Shown here in pieces: positions 15,974-25,342 of a DNA stretch of 49,046 nt (positions are counted from its first letter, which is position 1; each line of letters starts with the position of its first letter). Where the stretch lies: IMG/VR virus record IMGVR_UViG_3300049170_000121, positions 1 through 49,046 of that record; one strand, written 5' to 3'. Source of the DNA: a virus (taxonomy: Duplodnaviria; Caudoviricetes). The position numbers were made by a program, and so were the translations under genes. The notes beneath the pieces are model-generated. The model did no database searches, was not told the DNA's origin, and saw only the letters and a program-made list of their open reading frames with translations.

Positions 15974-17325
15974 CAGCGCCCCCCATAGCTTTCGTTAATC
16001 AAAACGTCAGATACCCTGAATGGGACAGGAGCGGTGACCCTGAACTCAGCCAGGAAGCCGGGGCGCGAGGCCATCCCGCAGGCGCGCCATTGCACCTTCG
16101 TGCGGTAATTGCCCTGCTCTCCCAGCGCCGTGGCGCGCCAGTTGCCCCAGGTCTGCCCGGCGTCTCGCGAGACCCGCATTTCCACTTGTGGGTCGGTGTA
16201 ATCACCCGTCAGGAACGGGGTCTGTCCGACATTGCTGCGAAGCTGGACGTTGGCGATGTTCAACCCGCCCGAATTGATCGGTGCGCCGGCCCGAAACCTG
16301 CGCTCCAGCACCCCACCAAGATCCTCGTGGCCCGTGCCCCACGCCAGCGTCTTGCCGTCCAGCGACGACCCGAACACCCCATCAGCGTAGCATTGCGGTA
16401 TCCAGTTGGTTTCGCCGTGCGAGGCAAGTTCGCCCCACATCTGCGAGCGCAGCCCCCACGCATGGGTTTCGTCGTCCAGGCGCAGGCACAGGAACTCCAG
16501 CCCGCCAAGCGTATAAGTGAACAGCGCAACGCTGGTGGCGGCCTCGATCTGCTCCTCAAGCCCCGGATTGGAGATGATGTTGTTTTCGTTGGTGAAGCAC
16601 ACCTGATTGTCGTTGGTCACCCAGGCGAAGGTCGGGCCGATAGCGGCCATACACCCGGTCGCCTTGACGCCCTTTTCAATGACCATGCCCTCAAGCGGGC
16701 GGAACGGAAGGTCGCTGTCCCCGGTGTTGGGCCAGAACTCGATGGTTTCCTTGCCGCCCAAGATCAGCATGTCGTCAAGGAACAGCCCGTCCACCAGCGC
16801 ATCGGGCGAGCTTTCCGCCGTGGCGAAGTCGAGCGCGTCCACCGTCGCGCCGAGCGATGGCGTCCAGTAAAACTTGCCGGTGCCATCGCGCAGGAAGATA
16901 AACCGCGAGGCCCCGGTGATGACTTTGGTGACGTTGGCGCTGTCGGGAAACGACACGTTCGCCAGCGTCGTGCCGTCATAGTAGCGCGGCGTCCCGCCCG
17001 CTGTCGCCATGATGCCGATTTCGTTTCCGGTGATGGACACCGGGCCGCTGCCCGTGATCGTGCCGAGCGAAGTGGTGCCGCTGTAGATATTGCCGGCAGA
17101 CACGCCGATCAGTGCACCCGACAGCACGCCGTCTTTCTGGAACAGCGCCTTGACCGGCCCTGCACCCATGTCCGCCGAGCGATCCGACAGGCCGGGCCGT
17201 GATTGCAACACAACCTGGCGGTCTTCGGTCGGCGCTTCCTCGGCAAACATATTGATGACGGGAAGGCTCGGGAGGTCACCCCGTGCCCGTGCGTAGGATG
17301 ACAGGCCCCATTGAAGCTGTGCCAT
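15973..17325 (-). CDS. Tail hub / packaged-DNA stabilization protein, P22 gp10-like
   Basis: DALDFATAESSPD, TIEFW..TG, SRDAGQTW, GEQGNYRTKVQWRACG. Confidence 0.88.
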   Translation of the reverse strand: MAQLQWGLSSYARARGDLPSLPVINMFAEEAPTEDRQVVLQSRPGLSDRSADMGAGPVKALFQKDGVLSGALIGVSAGNIYSGTTSLGTITGSGPVSITGNEIGIMATAGGTPRYYDGTTLANVSFPDSANVTKVITGASRFIFLRDGTGKFYWTPSLGATVDALDFATAESSPDALVDGLFLDDMLILGGKETIEFWPNTGDSDLPFRPLEGMVIEKGVKATGCMAAIGPTFAWVTNDNQVCFTNENNIISNPGLEEQIEAATSVALFTYTLGGLEFLCLRLDDETHAWGLRSQMWGELASHGETNWIPQCYADGVFGSSLDGKTLAWGTGHEDLGGVLERRFRAGAPINSGGLNIANVQLRSNVGQTPFLTGDYTDPQVEMRVSRDAGQTWGNWRATALGEQGNYRTKVQWRACGMASRPGFLAEFRVTAPVPFRVSDVLINESYGGR

Positions 17326-17393
17326 ATCTACGCGTCCCGATCCGGGAAGTGTTTCAGCATGACTTCTCCCGGTGTTCGTGGCAGATTGAGCGG

Positions 17394-18023
17394 ATGTTCA
17401 ACAACCGGCTCAGTCCCCAGCGCGGCGACTATCACTTCCGGCTTCCCATCGGCGGCAAGCGGATTGTCTATGCTTACATTCGCAAGAATGGATGCTCGGC
17501 CTTTAAGGTGGCTGCCGGTCTTCCCGGTGCCCACATCGGTCAGCTCGTAGATGCGTACAAATGGCGACCGTGGCAGCGCAGCGACGCCGCGATCTTCGTC
17601 TATCGCGACCCCGTGGAACGCCTGGTCAGCCTGTACCGGAACAAGGTCATCGACAACGTGGAGAACGGCGATATTCTTCGCGCTTACCGCAACACGATGG
17701 GCGAGGAGCCGACCACCTTCGAGCGGTTTGTCGAGTTCGCTATCCAGGGCCGCGACCCGCATTGCATTCCGCAGCGCAAGCACTTGAAGCCGATCCGCTA
17801 TACCCATGCGATCCGGCTTGACCGGCTTTACGAAAGCATGGCCGAGATCGTTGGTGAGGAAGCGGCAGAGCCGTTCCGCCACCGCGTCAACCCCTCGGTG
17901 CCCACCCCTGTCCATGTGACCGACCGGGCCAGAGAACTTGTCGTCCGGCGCTACGCTTGTGACTACCGCATGATCCGGAGGATAGAACGTGAGCACGGAA
18001 GAACTGCAACTCGCGCTGCTTGA
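17394..18023 (+). CDS. Sulfotransferase (Sulfotransfer_2-like); start uncertain (alternative GTG 17349)
   Basis: YAYIRKNGCSAFK (5'-PSB-like), FVYRDPVERLVSLY (3'-PB), DPHCIPQ, HRVNPS, RYACDY. Confidence 0.8.
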   Translation: MFNNRLSPQRGDYHFRLPIGGKRIVYAYIRKNGCSAFKVAAGLPGAHIGQLVDAYKWRPWQRSDAAIFVYRDPVERLVSLYRNKVIDNVENGDILRAYRNTMGEEPTTFERFVEFAIQGRDPHCIPQRKHLKPIRYTHAIRLDRLYESMAEIVGEEAAEPFRHRVNPSVPTPVHVTDRARELVVRRYACDYRMIRRIEREHGRTATRAA

Positions 18024-18198
18024 ACTCGGCCTCACGCCGAACAAGCTGGCCGACGAATTTCAATACAATCACGCCGAACGCGAACTGCTGCGGCGATGCG
18101 TTGCCGGGCTTGCCGTCCCCCCACCCAGCCTCGTGCGCGGCATAGATAACCTGCTTTGGCAACAGGGTTGGCTTGCTTGCCCAGCGAACCCTGGATGA
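17989..18198 (+). CDS. Small putative HTH protein
   Basis: EELQLALLELGLTPNKLA...LRRCVAG..VPP XRE-like pattern; GGAGG SD. Confidence 0.55.
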   Translation: MSTEELQLALLELGLTPNKLADEFQYNHAERELLRRCVAGLAVPPPSLVRGIDNLLWQQGWLACPANPG

Positions 18199-19650
18199 TT
18201 AATGCCCTGAGTGCTCGACGGTAATAGTGACCTGCGAGCCTTCGGTGATCGGCCCAAAGGCGTCCTTGCTCGCCCCGGTCGAAAAGTCGTAAAACGAGAC
18301 GGGCGGATCAGCCGACATATTAGGGTCGGGCGAGGCCGCGCTTGTGCTGAGCCGTTGAGTGCTGCTGATCGTGCTGTTATCGCAGTCCGCCGTGGTTCCC
18401 GCCGTCCCGTTGATCTCCACGCCGATGCACTTGTTGAGCCAGGTTTCCATGACAACGCTGTCCCACCCATTCATCCAGTCGAAGTGAAAGGTCGAGCCGC
18501 GCGGGTGCCAGTCGGCTTCGGCCCTGCCGTGGCGGTCGGACGAGAGGTAGAGTTTGGAGCGCCAGGCGTGGCCGCTTATGCCGGGCCGCCCGTTGGCGAA
18601 CTCGGTCTTGACCTCGAACTGCGGCACGCGCCACCAGCCATCGGGGCACTTGTTGGCGGTGACGGCCTGGTCAGACGAATGGATAATGGGATAGCGAAAA
18701 TGATCGCGCCCGCCGGTGCTGGTCAGGTTGTGCCCATCCCAACAGGCCGGTGCGTTCATGTTGGCGATGAGGACTTTGTCGGTGCCCTCGCAGGCCCCAC
18801 CCCACGGATCGGTGCCATCTTCATTGACCAGTTGCCGGAGGTAGCCGAGAGCATTAGGGCTCTCATCGGCGGTGTTCCCAACAGCTGGGGAGACAAGGAC
18901 GTTTGCGTCGTTGAAGCAGGCCCAGCCCGTCCAACCGTTGTACCGGCGACCGTCGGCCTCCTTGAGCCAGCCCTCGTTGTCAGGGATCTCGGTTTGCCGC
19001 GCGGTGTTCAGCCGGTCGGACGGATCAACGCCGCCGATGAAGGCCAGCCCGCGCAGCAGGCGATACAGCGGTGGCGACATCGACGTGTGCGACATTTGGT
19101 AATAGAACGTGACGTTGTTCGGCTTGAGCGGGACGGACACCGTCGCCGTTAGCTCGTACATTAGCGCCGGTTCCCAATAGCCGGTGGCGTTGACCGGGCC
19201 GCCGGCACAGGCCGACTTGGGATTGTTGCGCAGCGTCGCGTAAGTCGAGTTGTGATTGGTCGAAAAGTTACCGATGAAGTCGTGGTGGTGCGCCGAACCC
19301 GCTTGGCTGAAATAAAGGATCGGGTCGTCGTTAGCGAAATGGGTGTGGTTGCAGGTGAAGCGCGCCTTGGGAGAGACAGAGCTGGTGTTGTAGGAGACCC
19401 CGCCCTCAAGCCACTGGCTGCGGGTGTAGTTGGTGCTCTCGTCGATGATTGCAGGCTCGTAATCGAGCGCCACCGGATCGCCGCCTTGGGTCGAGTTCGA
19501 TACTTCCGGGTGGCGGTCCACGCCGTCACCGACAACCGGGGTGGTGGTCCAGGTCGGCGTGCGTTCAGCGGTGGTCCACGATTGCGCGGCGGCGACTTGC
19601 CCGCCTAACAGTGCGAGGAGCGCCAGCGTTGATGCGATTAAGCGAGCCAT
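18199..19650 (-). CDS. Secreted DUF1996-domain protein
   Basis: Signal peptide ending AAA|QS; RFTC.....DDPI....SAHHHDFIGN, TGYWEPAL, PACWDG.NL, FHFDWMNGWD. Confidence 0.85.
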   Translation of the reverse strand: MARLIASTLALLALLGGQVAAAQSWTTAERTPTWTTTPVVGDGVDRHPEVSNSTQGGDPVALDYEPAIIDESTNYTRSQWLEGGVSYNTSSVSPKARFTCNHTHFANDDPILYFSQAGSAHHHDFIGNFSTNHNSTYATLRNNPKSACAGGPVNATGYWEPALMYELTATVSVPLKPNNVTFYYQMSHTSMSPPLYRLLRGLAFIGGVDPSDRLNTARQTEIPDNEGWLKEADGRRYNGWTGWACFNDANVLVSPAVGNTADESPNALGYLRQLVNEDGTDPWGGACEGTDKVLIANMNAPACWDGHNLTSTGGRDHFRYPIIHSSDQAVTANKCPDGWWRVPQFEVKTEFANGRPGISGHAWRSKLYLSSDRHGRAEADWHPRGSTFHFDWMNGWDSVVMETWLNKCIGVEINGTAGTTADCDNSTISSTQRLSTSAASPDPNMSADPPVSFYDFSTGASKDAFGPITEGSQVTITVEHSGH

Positions 19651-20786
19651 GCTTCGATCTCCGTATCCTCAGCGGTGGTCGTGGCGCGGCCAATGACGCA
19701 GACGCCCTTGTAAAGCCGACCCTCGGTCGTCGTTGAGCGATGGAACAGGTAAAGCAGCGAATTGTTGGAGCGCAGCGTACCGGACACCGCCGTCGTGCCG
19801 TTGCTGGTGTTGTTGAGCCACACTTCAAGGGCCGTCGTGGTGTGCTTGCTGCGCATGGTAAAGCGCGTGTTGGCGGTCACGGTGTTGGCCGTCACGTCGA
19901 CGATCTGCGTGCCGGCGGTGTTGTAATGGCTGGTCTGGCCGGTTCCTGTAGCGGGTATCCGCAGCAGGATTGCGAGCCGCGATACGCCGCTATCGTCGGC
20001 GTTGATCAGTTCGCGGATCTCGGTGTTGCTGGTGACCTGCCACGCGCCGAACGCGGTCATCTCGCCGCTGGCGTTGGTTAGCGGAGCGGCTGCCGAGACG
20101 AGCTTGGAGGTGCCAGCCGCACCATAAACATAATCGTTGGTGCCATCGTTCTGGAGCGTTAGGCCAGTGGCGTCGGTGAACACGATATTGCCGCGCTTGC
20201 CGACCCACCGCTTGATGGTCTGACCCACAGCGGTGACCGGGCTGGTTCCGGCTTCGTCCTGGAACATGGTGTTGCGGTCGGTGACGCTGAACCAGTCGCC
20301 GTTCTCGGTCGTCAGCCACAGGCTATCAGGGTTCCACGAGGCTGCCGCAATGGTATCGGACAGGATGGTGGACCATGTGGTCGTGCCGCCGCGCAGAATG
20401 CCCTCTTGCACTTCGACCAATGCCGAGCTGGCCAGGGCGTTGATGGCATCGCTGAACAGCGGCCACGGATAAGCCGCAGCATCGGTGCCGTAAGTGAACA
20501 CGAAATCACTGTCGATCAGGACATTGGTTTCGTCGGTCCACGCCCCGCCGTCGATACGGAAGCGACAGGTCAGGTAATCGTCGTTCGAGCCGTCCGCTAT
20601 GCCGTCTTCGTCCACATAGACATCGGTGTAGGTGCTTTCCCACGCCATCGGGTTGGCCCCGGCCACGCTGGTCTGCGTGAGTGTGGGGGCGGTTGCGCTG
20701 GGCGGTGTGGGCACCACGGCAGTGATGGCGCCCGCTCTGCGCTTCCCGCGCCCGCGTGAGTCCCAATAGCGGAGCCGCGACAACAT
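19638..20786 (-). CDS. Virion-type protein with C-terminal ConA/LamG-like lectin domain
   Basis: TMFQDEAGTSPVTAVGQTI..W motif, Thr-rich beta strands, C-terminal EIEAWLA. Confidence 0.6.
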   Translation of the reverse strand: MLSRLRYWDSRGRGKRRAGAITAVVPTPPSATAPTLTQTSVAGANPMAWESTYTDVYVDEDGIADGSNDDYLTCRFRIDGGAWTDETNVLIDSDFVFTYGTDAAAYPWPLFSDAINALASSALVEVQEGILRGGTTTWSTILSDTIAAASWNPDSLWLTTENGDWFSVTDRNTMFQDEAGTSPVTAVGQTIKRWVGKRGNIVFTDATGLTLQNDGTNDYVYGAAGTSKLVSAAAPLTNASGEMTAFGAWQVTSNTEIRELINADDSGVSRLAILLRIPATGTGQTSHYNTAGTQIVDVTANTVTANTRFTMRSKHTTTALEVWLNNTSNGTTAVSGTLRSNNSLLYLFHRSTTTEGRLYKGVCVIGRATTTAEDTEIEAWLA

Positions 20787-21442
20787 CAGTAGGCTTCCAT
20801 GAAGTAGGAGGCGGGCCGGTAGTTATCGAGCATCTGGCGCTCTAGGATCTGCGCCCGGATCATCAACTCGGCGCTCGGCTCCTTTTGGAAAATCGCGCAG
20901 CAGCGCACAGCCAGGTTGGCGTAAACCGTCTCAGTCAGCTCTTCGGGAAAATCGACCGTCTCGCCAGCGTTCGTCACCGTGTCCATCGCCCGATCGATGT
21001 CGAGCTTGATGGCGTTGTTTGACGTGGGCACCGGCCAGACGTGCAGCACAAGGGCATCCTCGGCCCGCTGCACATAGAATATCGTGGAAGACCCTGCCGC
21101 CGCCTTGTTGGGCAGCACATTGTACTCGTCCCGCTCGAAGCGCACCATTTGCCGTTCGTTCGTCGCGCTTTCCACATAGCGCGCCCCATTGACGCCCCGG
21201 ACATAAGTCGGAAGCGCGATGGTGGCGGTTGCAGCGGTGATGGTCTGTTCGATGGTTTCCTGCTTCCACAGCGCGCCCTGCATCTGCCAGCTCTTAAGCA
21301 TGGCGTTCAGGCGGCGCAGGCACTTGTCCAGTTCGGCCGCTGTCGGATCTTCGCCCAGGGGCAGGATACCGTTCTCATCGAGCGCATCGGTCACGAGGTC
21401 ACGCGCTGTCGAGCTGAAGGCGGTTGTTCCGCTGGTCGCCAC
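20786..21442 (-). CDS. Head-tail adaptor (P22 gp4 / tail tubular A-like)
   Basis: MATSGT, LVTDAL..GI...GE, LNAMLKSW, VWPVP, FPEE..E.VYANLA. Confidence 0.8.
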   Translation of the reverse strand: MATSGTTAFSSTARDLVTDALDENGILPLGEDPTAAELDKCLRRLNAMLKSWQMQGALWKQETIEQTITAATATIALPTYVRGVNGARYVESATNERQMVRFERDEYNVLPNKAAAGSSTIFYVQRAEDALVLHVWPVPTSNNAIKLDIDRAMDTVTNAGETVDFPEELTETVYANLAVRCCAIFQKEPSAELMIRAQILERQMLDNYRPASYFMEAY

Positions 21443-21678
21443 TACAAGTCCTCCTTCGTGGTCTCGTTGGGCGTGTTGTCCGTCTGGTTGTCGGGCCGCG
21501 CATTGGGCCGGGGGACGCCCTCGGCCTTGACCTTGGGGGCGGACATTTCAGGCGGACGTGGATCGAAGTCGGCGGAACAAACCATCAGGCCGGTCCACTC
21601 TTTCTTCAATTCGGATAGGCGGTACTCAAAACCGCACCTGTCGCAAACCGCCTTGGTTCCGCCGGGCGTATAGCTCAT
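21442..21678 (-). CDS. Small Zn-ribbon-like protein
   Basis: AVCDRCGFEY..SELKKEWTGLMVC..DFDPRPP. Confidence 0.75.
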   Translation of the reverse strand: MSYTPGGTKAVCDRCGFEYRLSELKKEWTGLMVCSADFDPRPPEMSAPKVKAEGVPRPNARPDNQTDNTPNETTKEDL

Positions 21679-21742
21679 CGGGGCCTCCTGCTATTTGCGT
21701 GAGGAAATTGCCTCCCATTTAGGGTGGGAGGCGTCCCTGATC

Positions 21743-22090
21743 TTAGCTACGGATAGCAACGATCGCCCACGTCCCCGCGCCCGGCACCAGCGCGCCGGCG
21801 GTGGGGTTGACGAACGAAACCGCCAGTGTATTCGCCGCTGATACGCGGACGCCCGCGATGCCCGTTGCATTGCCGGTAGCGGCGTGATTGACGAACACCT
21901 TGTCCGCCGTGGTCAGCCCGGTGACGGTGAACGTCTGCTCCGCAACGGTCGCTGCGGCAACCGAGGCCGGGGTGACGGTCTGCGAATAGACCACCGCCTG
22001 GGTCAGCGCCGTGCCGGACGAGCCGACCTTCACGCTGGTGCTGCCGGTGACGCTCGCGGCTGCTACCGCGTCGAAATTGGTGGTTCCCAT
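21743..22090 (-). CDS. Probable capsid decoration protein
   Basis: Ala/Thr/Val beta-rich, SVAAATVAEQTFTVTGL; directly after major capsid gene; hairpin at 21710-21732 downstream. Confidence 0.65.
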   Translation of the reverse strand: MGTTNFDAVAAASVTGSTSVKVGSSGTALTQAVVYSQTVTPASVAAATVAEQTFTVTGLTTADKVFVNHAATGNATGIAGVRVSAANTLAVSFVNPTAGALVPGAGTWAIVAIRS

Positions 22091-22104
22091 TAGGGTTCTC
22101 CTGG

Positions 22105-22140
22105 AAAAGAAAATGCCCCGCCTTTAATTGGGCGCGGGGC
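22105..22140 (-). terminator. Intrinsic terminator after the major capsid gene
   Basis: Minus strand GCCCCGC...GCGGGGC followed by ATTTTCTTTT. Confidence 0.7.
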
Positions 22141-22156
22141 CTTCCCGTGCGGCGTG

Positions 22157-23056
22157 TTAAGCGCCAGCCGACCCGTAGATGCCGCGCCAGTCGCCGGCCA
22201 CGGGAACATAGCGTTCCGTCGCCTTCGCCTTTGCGTTCTCGGTGTCGAAGTCATTGTCCTGCTTGAACTCCAGCGCGCGGCGCTGGAAGCTGAGCAGGCC
22301 GTACGGAATGTCGGTGGTCAGGAACCACGCGTCAGTGTCCGTAAGGTAGGGGTCCATGACCACCTGATCGACAACGCCCTTTACCTTGAGAGCGTTTACA
22401 TCGTTGTTTGCAGTGCCGGAACGCTCAGAGCTTTCCAGAATGCGGGTCGCGTTGGCCCATTCGGAGGGGTGAATAATCAGCGTCCGGGGCTTGGCACCAA
22501 TCTTGATGCCTCGCGCGTTTTCCATCAGCATGATATTCGTCGCCGCGCTTTCCAGCCCGGTTTCCGAAAGGTCGGCCGCCGTCAGAAGATTCGACTGGTT
22601 GCCCGAAATGGTCGGGTGGGCAGCCGAAAACAGTGCCGCACCATCCCCAATCGGGAAGCTGGTCGAAAAGCCGTTGTTGAGGATGTTCGCGTGAACGATG
22701 CACTTGGTAGCGTTCATCGAACGGGCCAGTTCGGCAGAGCGGCGTTCGCTGATCTGCTTATACTGGTTGTCCTCGATGGCTTCCCGCGTGACGATATAGC
22801 CGAGGCCATAGGTCTTGTTCGTCGCACGGGTCTTGTAGCCCTCGCCGTCGTTGTCGTACTGAATCGAGGCGCCTTCGGCCTTTTCAGCCGCAAGGCCAAA
22901 GCCGTAGGCTTCCGCGAACTCTTCGTAAGCCTTGTTCGATGTTTCCATCTGGAAATAGGCTTCGTAGGGCTTGCCCAGTTCGTCGTACTTGTTGCCGAAC
23001 CAGAGCTTGATGCCCGGCCAGAGGGCAGACGGGTGAGCAGAACGAGTAACAGTCAT
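22157..23056 (-). CDS. Major capsid protein (Mu gpT-like)
   Basis: LWPGI, KAEGASIQYD, GDGAALFSAAHP, DPYLTDTDAWFL, DFDTENAKAKATERY..DWRGIYGS. Confidence 0.9.
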   Translation of the reverse strand: MTVTRSAHPSALWPGIKLWFGNKYDELGKPYEAYFQMETSNKAYEEFAEAYGFGLAAEKAEGASIQYDNDGEGYKTRATNKTYGLGYIVTREAIEDNQYKQISERRSAELARSMNATKCIVHANILNNGFSTSFPIGDGAALFSAAHPTISGNQSNLLTAADLSETGLESAATNIMLMENARGIKIGAKPRTLIIHPSEWANATRILESSERSGTANNDVNALKVKGVVDQVVMDPYLTDTDAWFLTTDIPYGLLSFQRRALEFKQDNDFDTENAKAKATERYVPVAGDWRGIYGSAGA

Positions 23057-23070
23057 TGTCCGTCCTCCTG

Positions 23071-23649
23071 TTAGACGCCGGTGGTGCCGGCGGCCGGGGT
23101 TTCAGTTGCCTCAACGATGGACACGAGCCACCTCGTTGAAGTGCTGCCGAGCGCGTTGTTCACACGGGGCGACTTGCCCACAACGCGAACCTGGGCGGTC
23201 GTGGTGGCAGCGGTGGAGCTGTCGAGCGCGTAGCCCGAGAGCTTGGTCGTGGTGCTTCCAGCAGCGGCCACGAGATCGACGTTAAGGCCGATGCTGGTAG
23301 TGGCCAGGAAGCCGGCGTCGCCATCCTCGTTTGCCTCGAAAACAAGGCTCGGATCGTCCGCCACGAGCACATAGTCTGCCGTGGAAGCGGTGCGATAGCC
23401 GCGATTAAGCGCCATAGCGCCAGTAGCATCGGGGTTCGGCGCAAAGCCGACCACAACGCCGGTAATCCGGTCGCCCGCCGCAGCGCGTGCCACGCCGGGA
23501 ACGCCGTTCGTGTCGCCGGTACCGGAGATAATTACCGGGTCGCCAACGAAGATGTTATTCGCTTCACCGGCAGCGACGGAATAAACATTCGCCGCTCCGT
23601 TGTAGGGTGCCCCGCTCTTGTAGCGAACGGGTCGAAGTCCAAAAGCCAT
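23071..23649 (-). CDS. Capsid cement / minor head protein
   Basis: AFGLRPV, IFVGDPV, VLVADDP..VFE; immediately upstream of MCP. Confidence 0.75.
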   Translation of the reverse strand: MAFGLRPVRYKSGAPYNGAANVYSVAAGEANNIFVGDPVIISGTGDTNGVPGVARAAAGDRITGVVVGFAPNPDATGAMALNRGYRTASTADYVLVADDPSLVFEANEDGDAGFLATTSIGLNVDLVAAAGSTTTKLSGYALDSSTAATTTAQVRVVGKSPRVNNALGSTSTRWLVSIVEATETPAAGTTGV

Positions 23650-23658
23650 GCTGGCCTC

Positions 23659-24093
23659 CTAGAGCTTGTTGCCGGGAACCGAATACATATCGGCCCCCTG
23701 TTCGACGGCAGTCTTGGCCTCGGGATGCAACAGACGTTCCTCCACGATAGCCCTGTTCCGCGCGTCTTTCTCGCGACGGTCATCGGCCATGAAGGCCTTG
23801 GGCTTCATAAGAAGGTGCATCTTCATTGCAGTGCCGGCCTCACCTCTGCCGCCATGAATCGGATCGACGTCGGGAACTTTGTCCCAGTCATCGTTCTTGG
23901 TGAGCTGTTCCATTCGGTTGCCGTCATCGCGTGCCCAACGAAACTCCATGTCGGGGTGCTTTTCTGTAACGGCTGCGGGAATGGCCAGTTTGTCGGTTGT
24001 GCCGCCTTTTCTGCGGCGGCGCTCGGTTTGCGTCACTTCCGCCCGCTTCGGACGCCCCGGACGCGGGGTTGCTTCAGTCTGATCGGCGTTCAT
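23659..24093 (-). CDS. Head-module hypothetical protein
   Basis: Coupled ORF between scaffold and cement genes. Confidence 0.7.
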   Translation of the reverse strand: MNADQTEATPRPGRPKRAEVTQTERRRRKGGTTDKLAIPAAVTEKHPDMEFRWARDDGNRMEQLTKNDDWDKVPDVDPIHGGRGEAGTAMKMHLLMKPKAFMADDRREKDARNRAIVEERLLHPEAKTAVEQGADMYSVPGNKL

Positions 24094-24882
24094 TTACGCC
24101 TCCTCGAAATAGATGCGTGCGTATTCGTCCCGCTTGCCGTAGCCGCGCTTCTCGTAATCGAGGGCGGCGGCCTGCGCATCGGCGGGCATGGCACTGAATC
24201 CCTTGGCGGCGGGTCTTGCCCCGCGATTGCCCGGTTCGTTCAGCGGTGCGGCTTTCGCCTTAGCCTTCGGCTCGGGGAACAGTTCAGGGAACAGCCCCTT
24301 CGCTTCGCGCTCGACAATCGAAAGCTGCCGCGCAGGGCCGATGCCCTGTTCGTAAAGCTGTTGAGCGCGGTTTTGCGCCCACACGGTCGCCTCCTGGTCT
24401 TTGCCGAACCATTCGTTGCGAGCCACGAAGTCCCGTGTCTCTGGCGGTGTGGTGACGGCCTCCGGTTTCGGCAGGCTCCGCAGCCCCTCGTCGGCCGCCT
24501 CAACCCCGGCATGGTCGCCCATGTCTATAGCCTCACGGCGCGCGTCCAAGATGCGCTGCCGCTCCTGCGCAACCGCGCGTTCGGTCAACTGGGCGCTGGT
24601 CCGCGCCATCGCGGCAAGCTGGTCCTCGAAACTCTTGAGCTTGTTGCCGAGCTTGTGGTTCACATCGACAGTGGCCCGCATGAACTCGTGGGCCGGCTTC
24701 CACTTGTCGGGATCGCCGCGCCACTGGTCCTTGGGCGTCCAGCCCATTTCGCTGGCAAGGTCATCGACTGTCGGCTCGGGGGGTGTGTCGTCGCCACCCT
24801 CGATGACAACAGCGTCGTCTTCCACGGGCGCGTCAATAGCGTCCGCAACCCCCTCTTCGGGGGGCAGATCATCTTCCGCCAT
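24094..24882 (-). CDS. Capsid scaffolding protein
   Basis: Acidic N-terminus, MGWTPKDQWRGDPDKW, coiled coil, RNEWF. Confidence 0.75.
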   Translation of the reverse strand: MAEDDLPPEEGVADAIDAPVEDDAVVIEGGDDTPPEPTVDDLASEMGWTPKDQWRGDPDKWKPAHEFMRATVDVNHKLGNKLKSFEDQLAAMARTSAQLTERAVAQERQRILDARREAIDMGDHAGVEAADEGLRSLPKPEAVTTPPETRDFVARNEWFGKDQEATVWAQNRAQQLYEQGIGPARQLSIVEREAKGLFPELFPEPKAKAKAAPLNEPGNRGARPAAKGFSAMPADAQAAALDYEKRGYGKRDEYARIYFEEA

Positions 24883-24943
24883 CTGGCGATACTCCTATGG
24901 ACTGAGTTGCCCTACGCGGGCCGCGTTGCTCCCGTCTCGGGAA

Positions 24944-25342
24944 TTACTCGAACTCTGTCACCAGCGCGGAGCCGGTGCCGTCGGCTGCCCAGATACCTGT
25001 GACCAGGCCGGTGTAGCCGTAGGGCATCTCGTAATACTCACCGCTCGCCACAGCCACGCTGTAGGAGGTGCTAGAGGCGGTGCCGCCACTCAGGTCCAAA
25101 TAAAGCGCGTTGGCGTCGGTGTTGGTCACGATAGCGCCCTTACGGGCCGTATTGGCGGCCAGGATGGTCACGCTGGCGATGCCGCTGGCAACGCTGCTCT
25201 TGGTGGCCGATGACGCTGGGGTCGAAGTGTCGCCGCCGGTTGCCGAGACAGCCTGCACCTGCTGGATGTAGCCGACCCTGCCGTCATCAGCGGCAACGCG
25301 GGCACCGAGCAGCGTGTCGTTCTTGCTGAAGCGTTCAGCCAT
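24944..25342 (-). CDS. Hypothetical beta-rich structural protein
   Basis: ILAANTARKGAIVTN....LYL; YTGLVTGIW. Confidence 0.65.
   Translation of the reverse strand: MAERFSKNDTLLGARVAADDGRVGYIQQVQAVSATGGDTSTPASSATKSSVASGIASVTILAANTARKGAIVTNTDANALYLDLSGGTASSTSYSVAVASGEYYEMPYGYTGLVTGIWAADGTGSALVTEFE

Noticed and set aside
15793-17202. Long plus-strand ORFs opposite structural genes (also 8741-9811, 22154-23074, 23725-25002)
   Set aside because: GC-rich antisense shadows without motifs; only the last 47 codons of 8741-9811 are kept
17328-18044. 238-aa minus-strand ORF co-directional with tail genes
   Set aside because: No motifs; antisense shadow of the sulfotransferase, which has clear family motifs
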